From NCBI RefSeq assembly GCF_964213995.1, contig NC_135803.1, positions 105,524,001 through 105,588,000 on the forward strand: a stretch of 64,000 nucleotides of DNA, in the 5' to 3' direction. A program made the translations under genes and the position numbers. The notes beneath the pieces were generated by a model. It searched no databases. It was not told where the DNA came from and worked only from the letters and a program-made list of their open reading frames with translations. Shown here piece after piece: positions 1 to 8,787 of this stretch (position 1 is the stretch's first letter; every line of letters begins with the position of its first letter). The DNA comes from Mustelus asterias. Its lineage: Eukaryota.

Positions 1-102
1 GGTAAATTTGTACGGAATATTGGCAAAGAGAAGAAATGGAAATGTTTATCCTTCTAAATAGTTTAAGCTTTTCAGTTTTCTTTCTAACTTTTCATTCCTC
101 AG

Positions 103-174
103 GCTCATTACTTTGAGGAGGGGAGCATCAATTTGAGCAATAATGTTGATGTGAAACAGAATCTCTCTCTAAAG
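103..174 (+). CDS. CAPZA: CAPZA-family (F-actin capping protein alpha) internal exon
   Basis: ttcctcag|GCT...AAG|gtaagc; 72 nt, AHYFEEGSINLSNNVDVKQNLSLK, aligns with CAPZA1/2 [24 protein letters not shown]. The window begins at an upstream donor (g|gtaaat at 1-7). Paralogue identity is unresolved. Confidence 0.9.
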
Positions 175-1191
175 GTAAGCAAAATATACATTACATGTAA
201 AAGTGCACACATGTCATTTTACACATCAGTAAAAGATATGCTATGAAACAACTAGATATAAACCCTTGTGTCAAACTTGAGGGAATGGCTAGTGGAAAAG
301 TGAATGGGTTTGGGGATGCAAGGAATTATTTTGAGATCATAACACTGAAAGAAGCTGTTCAGTTCAATTGTATCTGCACACAAGCAGCAGTCCTAATTCC
401 ACTTTCTTTCCATATCCCTTTATTCAACATTCCTTGAACCACCTATCTAACGTGTTGATTGATGTGGTCTCTGGTTCACTAACACTGGCAATGCATTTCA
501 CAGACTCATGACCCTCTATGAAAGAAAACCCAACTCTGAAATTTAATCTTAGATTAACATCCCTTTAATCACTAGAAACAGTTTAAGGTGTGTGCGTGTG
601 CGAGGGAGGAGGGGGAGCAGGTGTAGAATAAAGGGTTAACTCTATCACTACTCCAATAATAGCCATTGAGCATGTACATAAAGAGCTACACCATAATAAT
701 ATCACTCAGAAAAGAATCTAAGTGAGGAGCAGCTCTGACCTAATGTTCCGTAATTCTGTATATAGTTACATAAAAAACGGTACTTTGAAGAAAGGACCTT
801 TGCCTCCAGCCACATCTCTTACTGACAGCAGGACACCCATCATCTTTCAAGACATCCCACAATAATGGGGGTAGGGGATGGGATTGGGCTTGCCAAGTGG
901 AAATAAAACTGATTGTGGGAAAGTGGAAGGGAATCCAATGAAGACTCCCACTTTTCCTCCAACCGCCACTCCAAATGGTGGCACCTTATTCCACCAAAGA
1001 GAGAAGCATAAAGAGGTAAGGGGAGAGAAGCAGCAGAGAAAGATGGAAGCAGAAAAGGGAAAATTAACAAGATAAAGACACATGACAGATAAGTGTGTGG
1101 ACATATTCTCTAACTCACTGTGTGATGCCATTGGAGGTTAACTAGTTGTCTTGCATTTCCATCTATCTCTAACTTTTCTTTCTCCCACCAG

Positions 1192-1254
1192 AATGAGTGT
1201 GAAGGAGCTGCAGAGTTTGTGAAAATAGTTGAAAATGCCGACACTGAATTCCAG
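1192..1254 (+). CDS. CAPZA: CAPZA-family penultimate exon
   Basis: cccaccag|AAT...CAG|gtagct; 63 nt, NECEGAAEFVKIVENADTEFQ, similar to CAPZA1 [21 protein letters not shown]. Confidence 0.9.
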
Positions 1255-2088
1255 GTAGCTCTTGACTGGTGTTTATTTAATATACACATAATATTTAGGT
1301 GGTCACTGGTGAAGCAGCATTTAACAAACAAAGCACATCCTATCTTGGCCTTCAAAGTGTTGTTTTGCAAAAACGGAACTTTAAGTGCGTCTGTGATCTG
1401 TTTATGTTACTTAACATTCACCAAGTAAAATAAGTTTCTTTATTACCCAGATGAATGAAACCAAGAAATAGGAAAATTAGGAATGGGGTGACAGAATTAT
1501 TGCCCATCACTGCTCACCCACTTCATTGGGATCAGTAGTGACAAAAGCACATAGAGGCAGTCTTTATCAATACATCAATATTAGAAATTATATTACAATG
1601 GCCCTGTCTTTTTCAGTGCAGATAGTTATATCCTTAAAGAAGACAATTTCAACTGTGTTTTTACATGGCATATGCAGTTAATAGTGAACATTGTGTTCTG
1701 TCATACACTTCCCTACAGATCTTGCCTTCAGCCCACCCCTCTTGCAGCTTTTTGTAGTTTTAGACATTTAACATTTATAACATGGGCTAACTGCCAGCTG
1801 AGTGAAAAGACACAATGGTGATGTTAATAAAATGCTGCAGTTGCCAGCCTGTCTATAGCTAGGATTACAATCCCTACTAGGTAATAAATCATTGGATAAT
1901 TCATTACAATAAAGAACTCAATCATGCAGGATGCCTTGTGCCGTAAATCTAGTATACATCTGTGAGCAGAATTTGTGTTCAGCTGCATCTAAAAATCGGC
2001 AAGAACCAAAACCTCCTTGCTGCCTATGCAGTACCGCATTCATCTGGCAGTGAAACCAATCGGTTCAGCTGCAGACAATAGTATTTAT

Positions 2089-2125
2089 CCACCCCCCCCC
2101 CCCCCCCCCCGCCCCCCCACCCCAC
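2089..2125. repeat. Poly-C tract
   Basis: Near-pure C run of about 35 nt. Confidence 0.9.
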
Positions 2126-2200
2126 TTTCTCCAATTCTCCCTGAAAACAGGCCAGTTTCCACCTACATGGCCCTTCTCCTTGCATGAGCTATTCTGTAAA

Positions 2201-2646
2201 TCATAAATCCCTACAGTACAGATTTGGCCCATTGAACCTGCACCAACAACAGTCCCACCCAGACCCTATCCGCGTAACCCAAAGTATTTATCCTCCTAGT
2301 AGATAAGATTTTTGAACAGTAAAGGAATTAAGGTTATGGTGAGCGGGTGGGTAAGTGGAGCTGAGTCCACAAAAAGGCTAGCCATGATCTTACTGAATGG
2401 CAGAGCAGGCTGGAAGGGCCCAGTTCATATGGTCTTATGTTCTAATCCCCCTGACATTCGGGAACAATTTAGCATGGCCAATCGACCTAACCCACACATC
2501 TTTTGACTATGGGAGGAAATCGGAGCACCCAGAGGAAACCAAGCAGACACCAGGGAGAATGTGCTAGCTCCACACAGTCACCCAAGGCCAGAATTGAATC
2601 CGGGTCCTTGGTGTTGTGAGGCAGCAGTGCTAATCACTGTGCCACC
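2201..2646 (-). mobile_element. HE1-type SINE with a nested CR1 3'-end fragment (about 2298-2442, + strand)
   Basis: tRNA-like head (GGTGGCACAGTGATTAGCACTGCTGCCTCAC, box B GGATTCAATTC) and HE1 body/tail. Confidence 0.8.
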
Positions 2647-3342
2647 CACTGTCTGAGGATTCAACAAAAGGGCATCACAACTGAGGCTGTTGGGCCTCTC
2701 ATAAATATATTTATTCACCTCCAAGTCTCTCACCTTCCTGACTTGGAAATTTTTAAAAAATATACTTTTCCAATTCAATCAAATCAAATCCAATTCAGAG
2801 TCTCAACAAAGAACAAAGAACAATACAGCACAGGAACAGGCCCTTCGGCCCTCCAAGCCCGCGCCGCTCCCCGGTCCAGGATTGAATCCTGAATCCAGGA
2901 TCCCCGCCCAATTTTCCAGCCTATCTACATACCAATATCCTATCCACCGAGCTGTCCCTCACAGCTACGATGCTTTGTTCATTACAACCTATTAACTTAC
3001 CCCCACCCCCCCATTCCAGACCATGTGATCTCCAGGGAGAGGCGAAAACCCAGAGTGAAAAACCCCAGGGCCAATATGGGGAAAAAAAATCTGGGAAATT
3101 CCTCTCCGACCCCCTGAGGCGATCGAAACGAGTCCAGGAGATCACAATGGCCCCGATCGGAAAATGCTTCCCAACCCTAGTCATTTCCACTTCCACGAAC
3201 ACCATATGAATTCCCTGCCCCCGAGACAGGTTCCCAACTATCCGCAGTCTCACTCTGTACTGGCACCAGCAAGATGATCATAGAATGAAGCCTTGAAACG
3301 AGAAACCAGGAACAATTAGCCCGCGCCGCTCCCTGGTCCAAA

Positions 3343-6225
3343 CTAGACCACTCTTTTGTATCCCTCCATTCCCACTCCGTTCATATAGCTGTCTAGATAA
3401 GTCTTAAACGTTCCCAGTGTGTCCGCCTCCACCACCTTGCCCGGCAACACATTCCAGGCCCCCACGACCCTCTGTGTGAAATATGTCCTTCTGATATCTG
3501 TGTTAAACCTCCCCCCCTTCACCTTGAACCTATGACCCCTCGTGAACGTCACCACCGACCCAGGGAAAAGCTTCCCACCGTTCACCCTATCTATGCCTTT
3601 CATAATTTTATACACCTCAAGTAAGTCTCCCCTCATCCTCCGTCTTTCCAAGGAGAACAACCCCAGTTTCCCCAATCTCTCCTCATAACCAAGCCCCTCC
3701 ATACCAGGCAACATCCTGGTAAACCTCCTCTGTACTCTCTCCAAAGCCTCCACGTCCTTCTGGTAGTGTGGCGACCAGAACTGGACGCAGTATTCCAAAT
3801 GCGGCCGAACCAACGTTCTATACATCTGCAACATCAGACCCCAACTTTTATACTCTATGCCCCGTCCTATAAAGGCAAGCATGCCATATGCCTTCTTCAC
3901 CACCTTCTCCACCTGTGACGTCACCTTCAAAGATCTGTGGACTTGCACACCCAGGTCCCTCTGCGTCTCTACACCCTTTATGGTTCTTCCATTTATCGTG
4001 TAGCTCCTCCCTACATTATTCCCACCAAAATGCATCACTTCGCATTCATCAGGATTGAACTCCATCTGCCATTTCCTTGCCCAAATTTCCAGCCTATCTA
4101 TATCCTTCTGTAGCCTCTGACAATGTTCCTCACTATCTGCAAGTCCTGCCAGTTTTGTGTCGTCCGCAAACTTACTGATCACCCCAGTTACTCCTTCTTC
4201 CAGATCATTTATATAAATCACAAACAGCAGAGGTCCCAATACAGAGCCCTGCGGAACACCACTAGTCACAGGCCTCCAGCCGGAAAAAGACCCTTCCACT
4301 ACCACCCTCTGTCTTCTATGACCAAGCCAGTTCTCCACCCATCTAGCCACCTCCCCCTTTATCCCATGGGATCCAACCTTTTTCACTAGCCTACCATGAG
4401 GGACTTTGTCAAATGCTTTACTAAAGTCCATATAGACAACATCCACGGCCCTTCCTTCGTCAACCATTTTAGTCACTTCTTCAAAAAACACCACCAGGTT
4501 TGTGAGGCATGACCTCCCTCTCACAAAACCATGTTGACTATCGTTAATGAGTTTATTCCTTTCTAAATGCGCATACATCCTATCTTTAAGAATCTTCTCC
4601 AACAACTTCCCCACCACGGACGTCAAGCTCACCGGCCTATAATTACCCGGGTTATCCTTCCTACCCTTCTTAAATAACGGGACCACATTGGCTATCCTCC
4701 AATCCTCTGGGACCTCACCTGTGTCCAGTGACGAGACAAAGATTTGCGTCAGAGGCCCAACGATTTCACCTCTCGTCTCCCTGAGCAGCCTTGGATAGAT
4801 TCCATCAGGCCCTGGGGATTTGTCAGTCTTTATATTCTCTAACAAACCTAACACTTCCTCCTTTGTAATGGAGATTTTCTCCAACGGTTCAACACTCCCC
4901 TCCGAGACACTCCCAGTCAACACATCCCTCTCCCTTGTGAATACCGACGCAAAGTATTCATTTAGGATCTCCCCTACCTCTTTGGGCTCCAAGCATAGGT
5001 CCCCACTTTTGTCCCTGAGAGGTCCGATTTTTTCCCTAACAACCCTTTTGTTCCTAACGTATGAATAAAATGCCTTGGGATTCTCCTTAATCCTGTCTGC
5101 CAAGAACATTTCGTGACCCCTTTTTGCTCTTCTAATTCCCCGTTTGAGTATTTTCCTACTTTCATTATACTCCTCCAGAGCTCCCTCCGTTTTTAGCTGC
5201 TTGGACCTAACATACGCCTCTCTTTTCCTTTTGACCAGTCCCTCAATTTCCCTGGTTATCCACGGTTCTCTAATCCTACCCTTCCTATCCTTCTTTTTTA
5301 CAGGCACATGCTTGTCCTGTAGCCCTAACAACCGTTCCTTAAAAGACTGCCACATACCAGATGTGGATTTACCCTCAAACAGCCTCTCCCAATCAAGAGC
5401 TGCCAATTTCTGCCTGATCCCAATAAAGTTAGCCTTCCCCCAATCCAACACCTTACCCTTGGGACACCACTCATCCTTTTCCATCACTATCCTAAAGCTA
5501 ACAGAATTGTGGTCACTATTTGCCACATGTTCCCCAACCAAAACTTTGAAGACCTGACCGGGCTCATTCCCCAGCACCAGGTCCAGTATAGCCCCCTCTC
5601 TAGTTGGGCTGTCCACATATTGTTCCAACGAACCCTCCTGTACACATTTTACAAATGTCTCACCATCCAGAGTCCCTGCCCTCAGCGATTTCCAGTCTAT
5701 ACCAGGGAAATTGAAGTCTCCCACTACAACAACCCTATATTTCCTGCACCTATCCAGTATCTCCTGACATATCCATTCTTCCACTTCCCTTGGGCTGTTG
5801 GGGGGCCTGTAGTACACCCCCAACATAGTGACTGCGCCTTTCCTGTTTCTAAGCTCCACCCAGAGTGACTCGCTACACGACTCCTCCGAATTGTCCTCCC
5901 TCTGCACCGCTGTAATATGCTCTCCAACCAATACCGCTACTCCCCCACCTCTTTTGGCCCCTCCTCTGTCTCGCCTAAAACACTTGTACCCTGGAATATT
6001 CAGCTGCCAGTCCTGTCCCTCTTTCAACCAAGTCTCTGTCACTGCAACCACATCCAAATTCCTCGTGCGCATTAAGGCCCCAAGTTCGTCTGTTTTACCT
6101 GCTACGCTCCTTGCATTGAAGTATAAGCACTCCAGACCCCCAGGCTCAGTGAGGTCGTCCTCCCCCAGAGTGCTCTTCTTCTTTGCCAGCCTTGTCCCAG
6201 CCCCAAGCTCGTCCCCAGCCACCAC
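3343..6225 (-). CDS. CR1 ORF2: AP endonuclease + reverse transcriptase
   Basis: EN motifs YFNARS, VTETW, GVYYRPP, VVGDFN, SDH; RT motifs YRPVSLTS, QHGF, DFSKAFDKV, GVPQGSVLGP, KFADD; no stops. Confidence 0.95.
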   Translation of the reverse strand: MVAGDELGAGTRLAKKKSTLGEDDLTEPGGLECLYFNARSVAGKTDELGALMRTRNLDVVAVTETWLKEGQDWQLNIPGYKCFRRDRGGAKRGGGVAVLVGEHITAVQREDNSEESCSESLWVELRNRKGAVTMLGVYYRPPNSPREVEEWICQEILDRCRKYRVVVVGDFNFPGIDWKSLRAGTLDGETFVKCVQEGSLEQYVDSPTREGAILDLVLGNEPGQVFKVLVGEHVANSDHNSVSFRIVMEKDEWCPKGKVLDWGKANFIGIRQKLAALDWERLFEGKSTSGMWQSFKERLLGLQDKHVPVKKKDRKGRIREPWITREIEGLVKRKREAYVRSKQLKTEGALEEYNESRKILKRGIRRAKRGHEMFLADRIKENPKAFYSYVRNKRVVREKIGPLRDKSGDLCLEPKEVGEILNEYFASVFTRERDVLTGSVSEGSVEPLEKISITKEEVLGLLENIKTDKSPGPDGIYPRLLRETRGEIVGPLTQIFVSSLDTGEVPEDWRIANVVPLFKKGRKDNPGNYRPVSLTSVVGKLLEKILKDRMYAHLERNKLINDSQHGFVRGRSCLTNLVVFFEEVTKMVDEGRAVDVVYMDFSKAFDKVPHGRLVKKVGSHGIKGEVARWVENWLGHRRQRVVVEGSFSGWRPVTSGVPQGSVLGPLLFVIYINDLEEGVTGVISKFADDTKLAGLADSEEHCQRLQKDIDRLEIWARKWQMEFNPDECEVMHFGGNNVGRSYTINGRTIKGVETQRDLGVQVHRSLKVTSQVEKVVKKAYGMLAFIGRGIEYKSWGLMLQMYRTLVRPHLEYCVQFWSPHYQKDVEALERVQRRFTRMLPGMEGLGYEERLGKLGLFSLERRRMRGDLLEVYKIMKGIDRVNGGKLFPGSVVTFTRGHRFKVKGGRFNTDIRRTYFTQRVVGAWNVLPGKVVEADTLGTFKTYLDSYMNGVGMEGYKRVV

Positions 6226-6266
6226 ACTTATAGACCTAATAGTTTGATCCCCACCCCCCTGCCATA

Positions 6267-6914
6267 CTAGTTTAAACCCCCCCGAACTGCATTAGCAAAG
6301 CTCCCAGCCAGGATATTTGTGCCCTTCCAACTTAGTTGTGACCCCTCCCTCTTGTACAGGTGCCATCCTCTCCTGAAAACCTCCCATTGGTCTATGAAAA
6401 TAAAGCCCTCCCTCCTGGACCAGTCCTTTAGCCAGGCATTCATTTGAACCAACTCCCTATTCTTATCCTCACTGGCACGAGGCATTGGGAGCAGCCCAGA
6501 GATGGCCACCCTAGTGACCCTACTTTTTAACCTATTTCCCAACTCCCTGAATTGCTCTCTTAGGACCCCCCTACTCTTCCTATCTACGTCATTTCCACCA
6601 ATGTGTATAATGACATCCGTTTCTTTATCTTCCCCTTTTAAAATGCCTCCTATCCGCTCGGAGACATCCGTGACCCCAGCACCAGGTAGGCAGACTACCA
6701 TCCTGGAGTCCCGTTCGCCCCCACAGAATCGCCTGTCTGTCCCTCTAACTGACGCATCCCCCACCACTATCGCTCTCCTAACCCCTCTCTTCCCTTTCCG
6801 GGCCACAGAGCCTGACTGTGTGCCAGTGACCTGGTCACTGTGTCTTACCCCTGGAGAGGCACACTCCTCCACACTATCTAAAACAATGTACCTGTTTTGG
6901 AGTGGGACAACCAC
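6267..6914 (-). CDS. CR1 ORF1 C-terminal part, SGNH-esterase-like domain
   Basis: PLQNRY, IVVGD.SVRG, VCLPGA, HIGGND, SGLLP and ending GLN*, typical of CR1 ORF1. Confidence 0.85.
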   Translation of the reverse strand: MVVPLQNRYIVLDSVEECASPGVRHSDQVTGTQSGSVARKGKRGVRRAIVVGDASVRGTDRRFCGGERDSRMVVCLPGAGVTDVSERIGGILKGEDKETDVIIHIGGNDVDRKSRGVLREQFRELGNRLKSRVTRVAISGLLPMPRASEDKNRELVQMNAWLKDWSRREGFIFIDQWEVFRRGWHLYKREGSQLSWKGTNILAGSFANAVRGGLN

Positions 6915-6940
6915 AGGAGAACGTGCAGACTATATTAACA

Positions 6941-7213
6941 AGTTGAGACATTTCAGATCCAGGCTGACAAGACAGGGCAAGCGACCAAACCACCCTGTCC
7001 TGGGCCTGATCTACATGAGCCAAGCTGATTGGAGAAGGGGGAGGTTCCTCCTCCAAGACTTGGGCTCATTTGCATCTTAGCCAAAAGGCCGAGATGCCGC
7101 TTTTAAAAATTGCTTCATATGAAACACATGAAGCCTCAGCGTAACCTAATGACCTCAACCAAGTGCAGGCGATCCATACTACACTTGATCTTAGCCAAAA
7201 GACCGAGAAGCGA
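6941..7213 (-). mobile_element. Short element headed by U2 snRNA 5' end (Keno/Utopia/SINEU-like, non-autonomous)
   Basis: 7176-7213 matches U2 nt 2-39 (1 mismatch); second U2 copy (nt 7-27) at 7074-7094; gactatattaaca repeated at 6928-6940 and 7212-7224. Confidence 0.7.
7176..7213 (-). pseudogene. U2 snRNA 5' fragment (nt 2-39)
   Basis: Reverse complement TCGCTTCTCGGTCTTTTGGCTAAGATCAAGTGTAGTAT matches the vertebrate U2 5' end; the rest of U2 is absent. Confidence 0.9.
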
Positions 7214-7224
7214 CTATATTAACA

Positions 7225-7400
7225 TTTCTGCATCATTACTGGGTCAAAATGCTGGAACTCCTTATTTAGCAGCACTGTACCAATACCTTCCCCACACTGA
7301 CTGCAGCTGTTCAGGAAAGGTGGGCCAGCAACAGCTCCTCAAGGACAACTAGGGATGAGCAAAAAAAATGCCAGCCTTTCCAGCGACGCCCACAACCAGA
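7225..7400 (+). mobile_element. LINE 3'-end fragment (same family as the 3' end at about 37150-37310)
   Basis: ctgggtcaaaatgctggaactcc...ctcctcaaggacaactagggatg...cagcgacgcccaca. Confidence 0.6.
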
Positions 7401-8110
7401 GAAGGACTGAAAGTAATTACATCTGATGAAGTCGTTCTGGATGGCTGCCAGTCAAATTTGAGCCAGCTGACCAATTAGTATTAAAAATGCAAATTTCTGG
7501 AAATTCCTAGTATCTGCAAAAAGAAAAGGCAGGTGACAATGTTGCAGGTGTGCACCCTTTATGAATCTGTTATTCTTTCAATTTTAGCCAGTCAGCATTA
7601 TCCAGGTGCTGAACAGCTCAAGCTAACTTGTTACAGTTTATATCTGACCCCATAGATTGGCTCCATCCTTCCTGACTGGCACATATCCTCCTAACAACAA
7701 GATTTGAAAATTAAAATTGGAAAAGGATCACGGTCTTTATGACAAAGCCTTTCTTAATTTGCCCAGAGAGGTAGGACACAGTGATATAAATGGATAGATG
7801 CACTGATTAACTCATTTGCAAGTAGCATCATCCAAGTGATGATGCACAAATCATCTCCTCCCCAAAGAAGTGCTTTGCTTCTTGAAGGCAGAAGCCCAAC
7901 AAAGTATGAAAGCAATAACCTTGCCAAAAAGAGCAACTGTTTATTCACATACATTTGATAACTTCAGTTTTTCTTCACAGTTCCAAAAGTCCAAATAGCA
8001 TCAAGAGGGACTGGAGCATCTCAACAACTTAAAACTGCGAGGCTTCCATTATTCAGATGCAGCTTTGATTTTTTTTATTAAGGCACATTATAGCTGAAAA
8101 TCATTGTAGT

Positions 8111-8410
8111 TCATAGAATCCCTACGGTGCAGAAGGAGGCCATTCGGCCCATCTAGTCTGCACCGACCACCCAGGCCCTATTTCCGTAACCCCATATATT
8201 TACCCTGCTAATCCCCTGACACTAGGGTCAATTTAGCATGGCCAATCAATCTAACCCATACGTCTTTGGACTGTGGGGAGAAACCGGAAGAAACACACGC
8301 AGACATGGGGAGAACGTGCAAACTCCACAGACAGTGACCTGAGGCTGGAATTGAACCCAGGTCCCTGTTGCTGTGAGGCAGCAGTGCTAACCACTGTGCC
8401 ACCATGCCGC
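8111..8410 (-). mobile_element. HE1-type SINE
   Basis: tRNA-derived head, conserved body, CR1-like tail GGGATTCTATGA. Confidence 0.88.
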
Positions 8411-8536
8411 TTTACCATTTTTGCATCATTACTGGGTCAAAGTGCTGGACAGCTTGAAACTTTGCAATGATAAAAGTGAAATATATTCTATTCTGAGCAG
8501 CAAACGAAAATCCTCTTCCTCTTGGTCTCCCTCCAG

Positions 8537-8716
8537 CTTGGCCTGATGGACAATTATCAAAAGCTGGATTCGCTGCTCAAGGGTCTTCGGCGCCAGTTGC
8601 CATTTACACACACGACGATTGACTGGAACAAAATCATCAATGCCAAGATTGTCAGAGAGATGGATCTGGCCCAGACAATGCAAGACTCTAAATTGGAACG
8701 TCCAAATTTTCATTGA
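8537..8716 (+). CDS. CAPZA: CAPZA-family last coding exon
   Basis: ctccctccag|CTT...TGA; LGLMDNYQKLDSLLKGLRRQLPFTHTTIDWNKIINAKIVREM..., similar to CAPZA1/2 [43 protein letters not shown]. Confidence 0.92.
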   Translation, partial: LGLMDNYQKLDSLLKGLRRQLPFTHTTIDWNKIINAKIVREMDLAQTMQDSKLERPNFH

Positions 8717-8775
8717 TATCTTTGATCGTTGACTCATAACATTATAGTAATTATAATGAAAAATTAAAGTGCATG

Positions 8776-8787
8776 AATAAAAATAAA
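8776..8787 (+). promoter_or_regulatory. Polyadenylation signals (AATAAA x2) of the CAPZA-like gene
   Basis: AATAAA at 8776-8781 and 8782-8787, about 60 nt after the stop codon. Confidence 0.6.

Larger units (their letters stand above)
2808..6920 (-). mobile_element. CR1-clade LINE, 5'-truncated within ORF1, ORF2 intact
   Basis: ORF1 esterase portion, 960-aa EN+RT ORF2, CR1 3' stem-loop (GGGCCGAAGGGCCTGTTCCTGTGCTGTA) and TTCTTTG-repeat tail at about 2808-2850. Confidence 0.95.

Noticed and set aside
2089-2125. Poly-C/G tract as a functional G-quadruplex
   Set aside because: Simple homopolymer of error-prone length with no contextual evidence.
3071-3079. 9-bp complementarity between the 3' UTR hairpin (CCAUAUUGG) and bases right after the slippery site (CUAGUAUGG)
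   Set aside because: Short with two G-U pairs, and the target would lie inside the ribosome mRNA channel during slippage; not distinguishable from chance.
4123-7080. Several + strand ORFs overlapping the CR1
   Set aside because: Antisense shadows of the long CR1 ORFs.
7074-7213. Functional U2 snRNA gene
   Set aside because: Only nt 2-39 are present; no Sm site, 3' stem-loops or recognisable upstream promoter.
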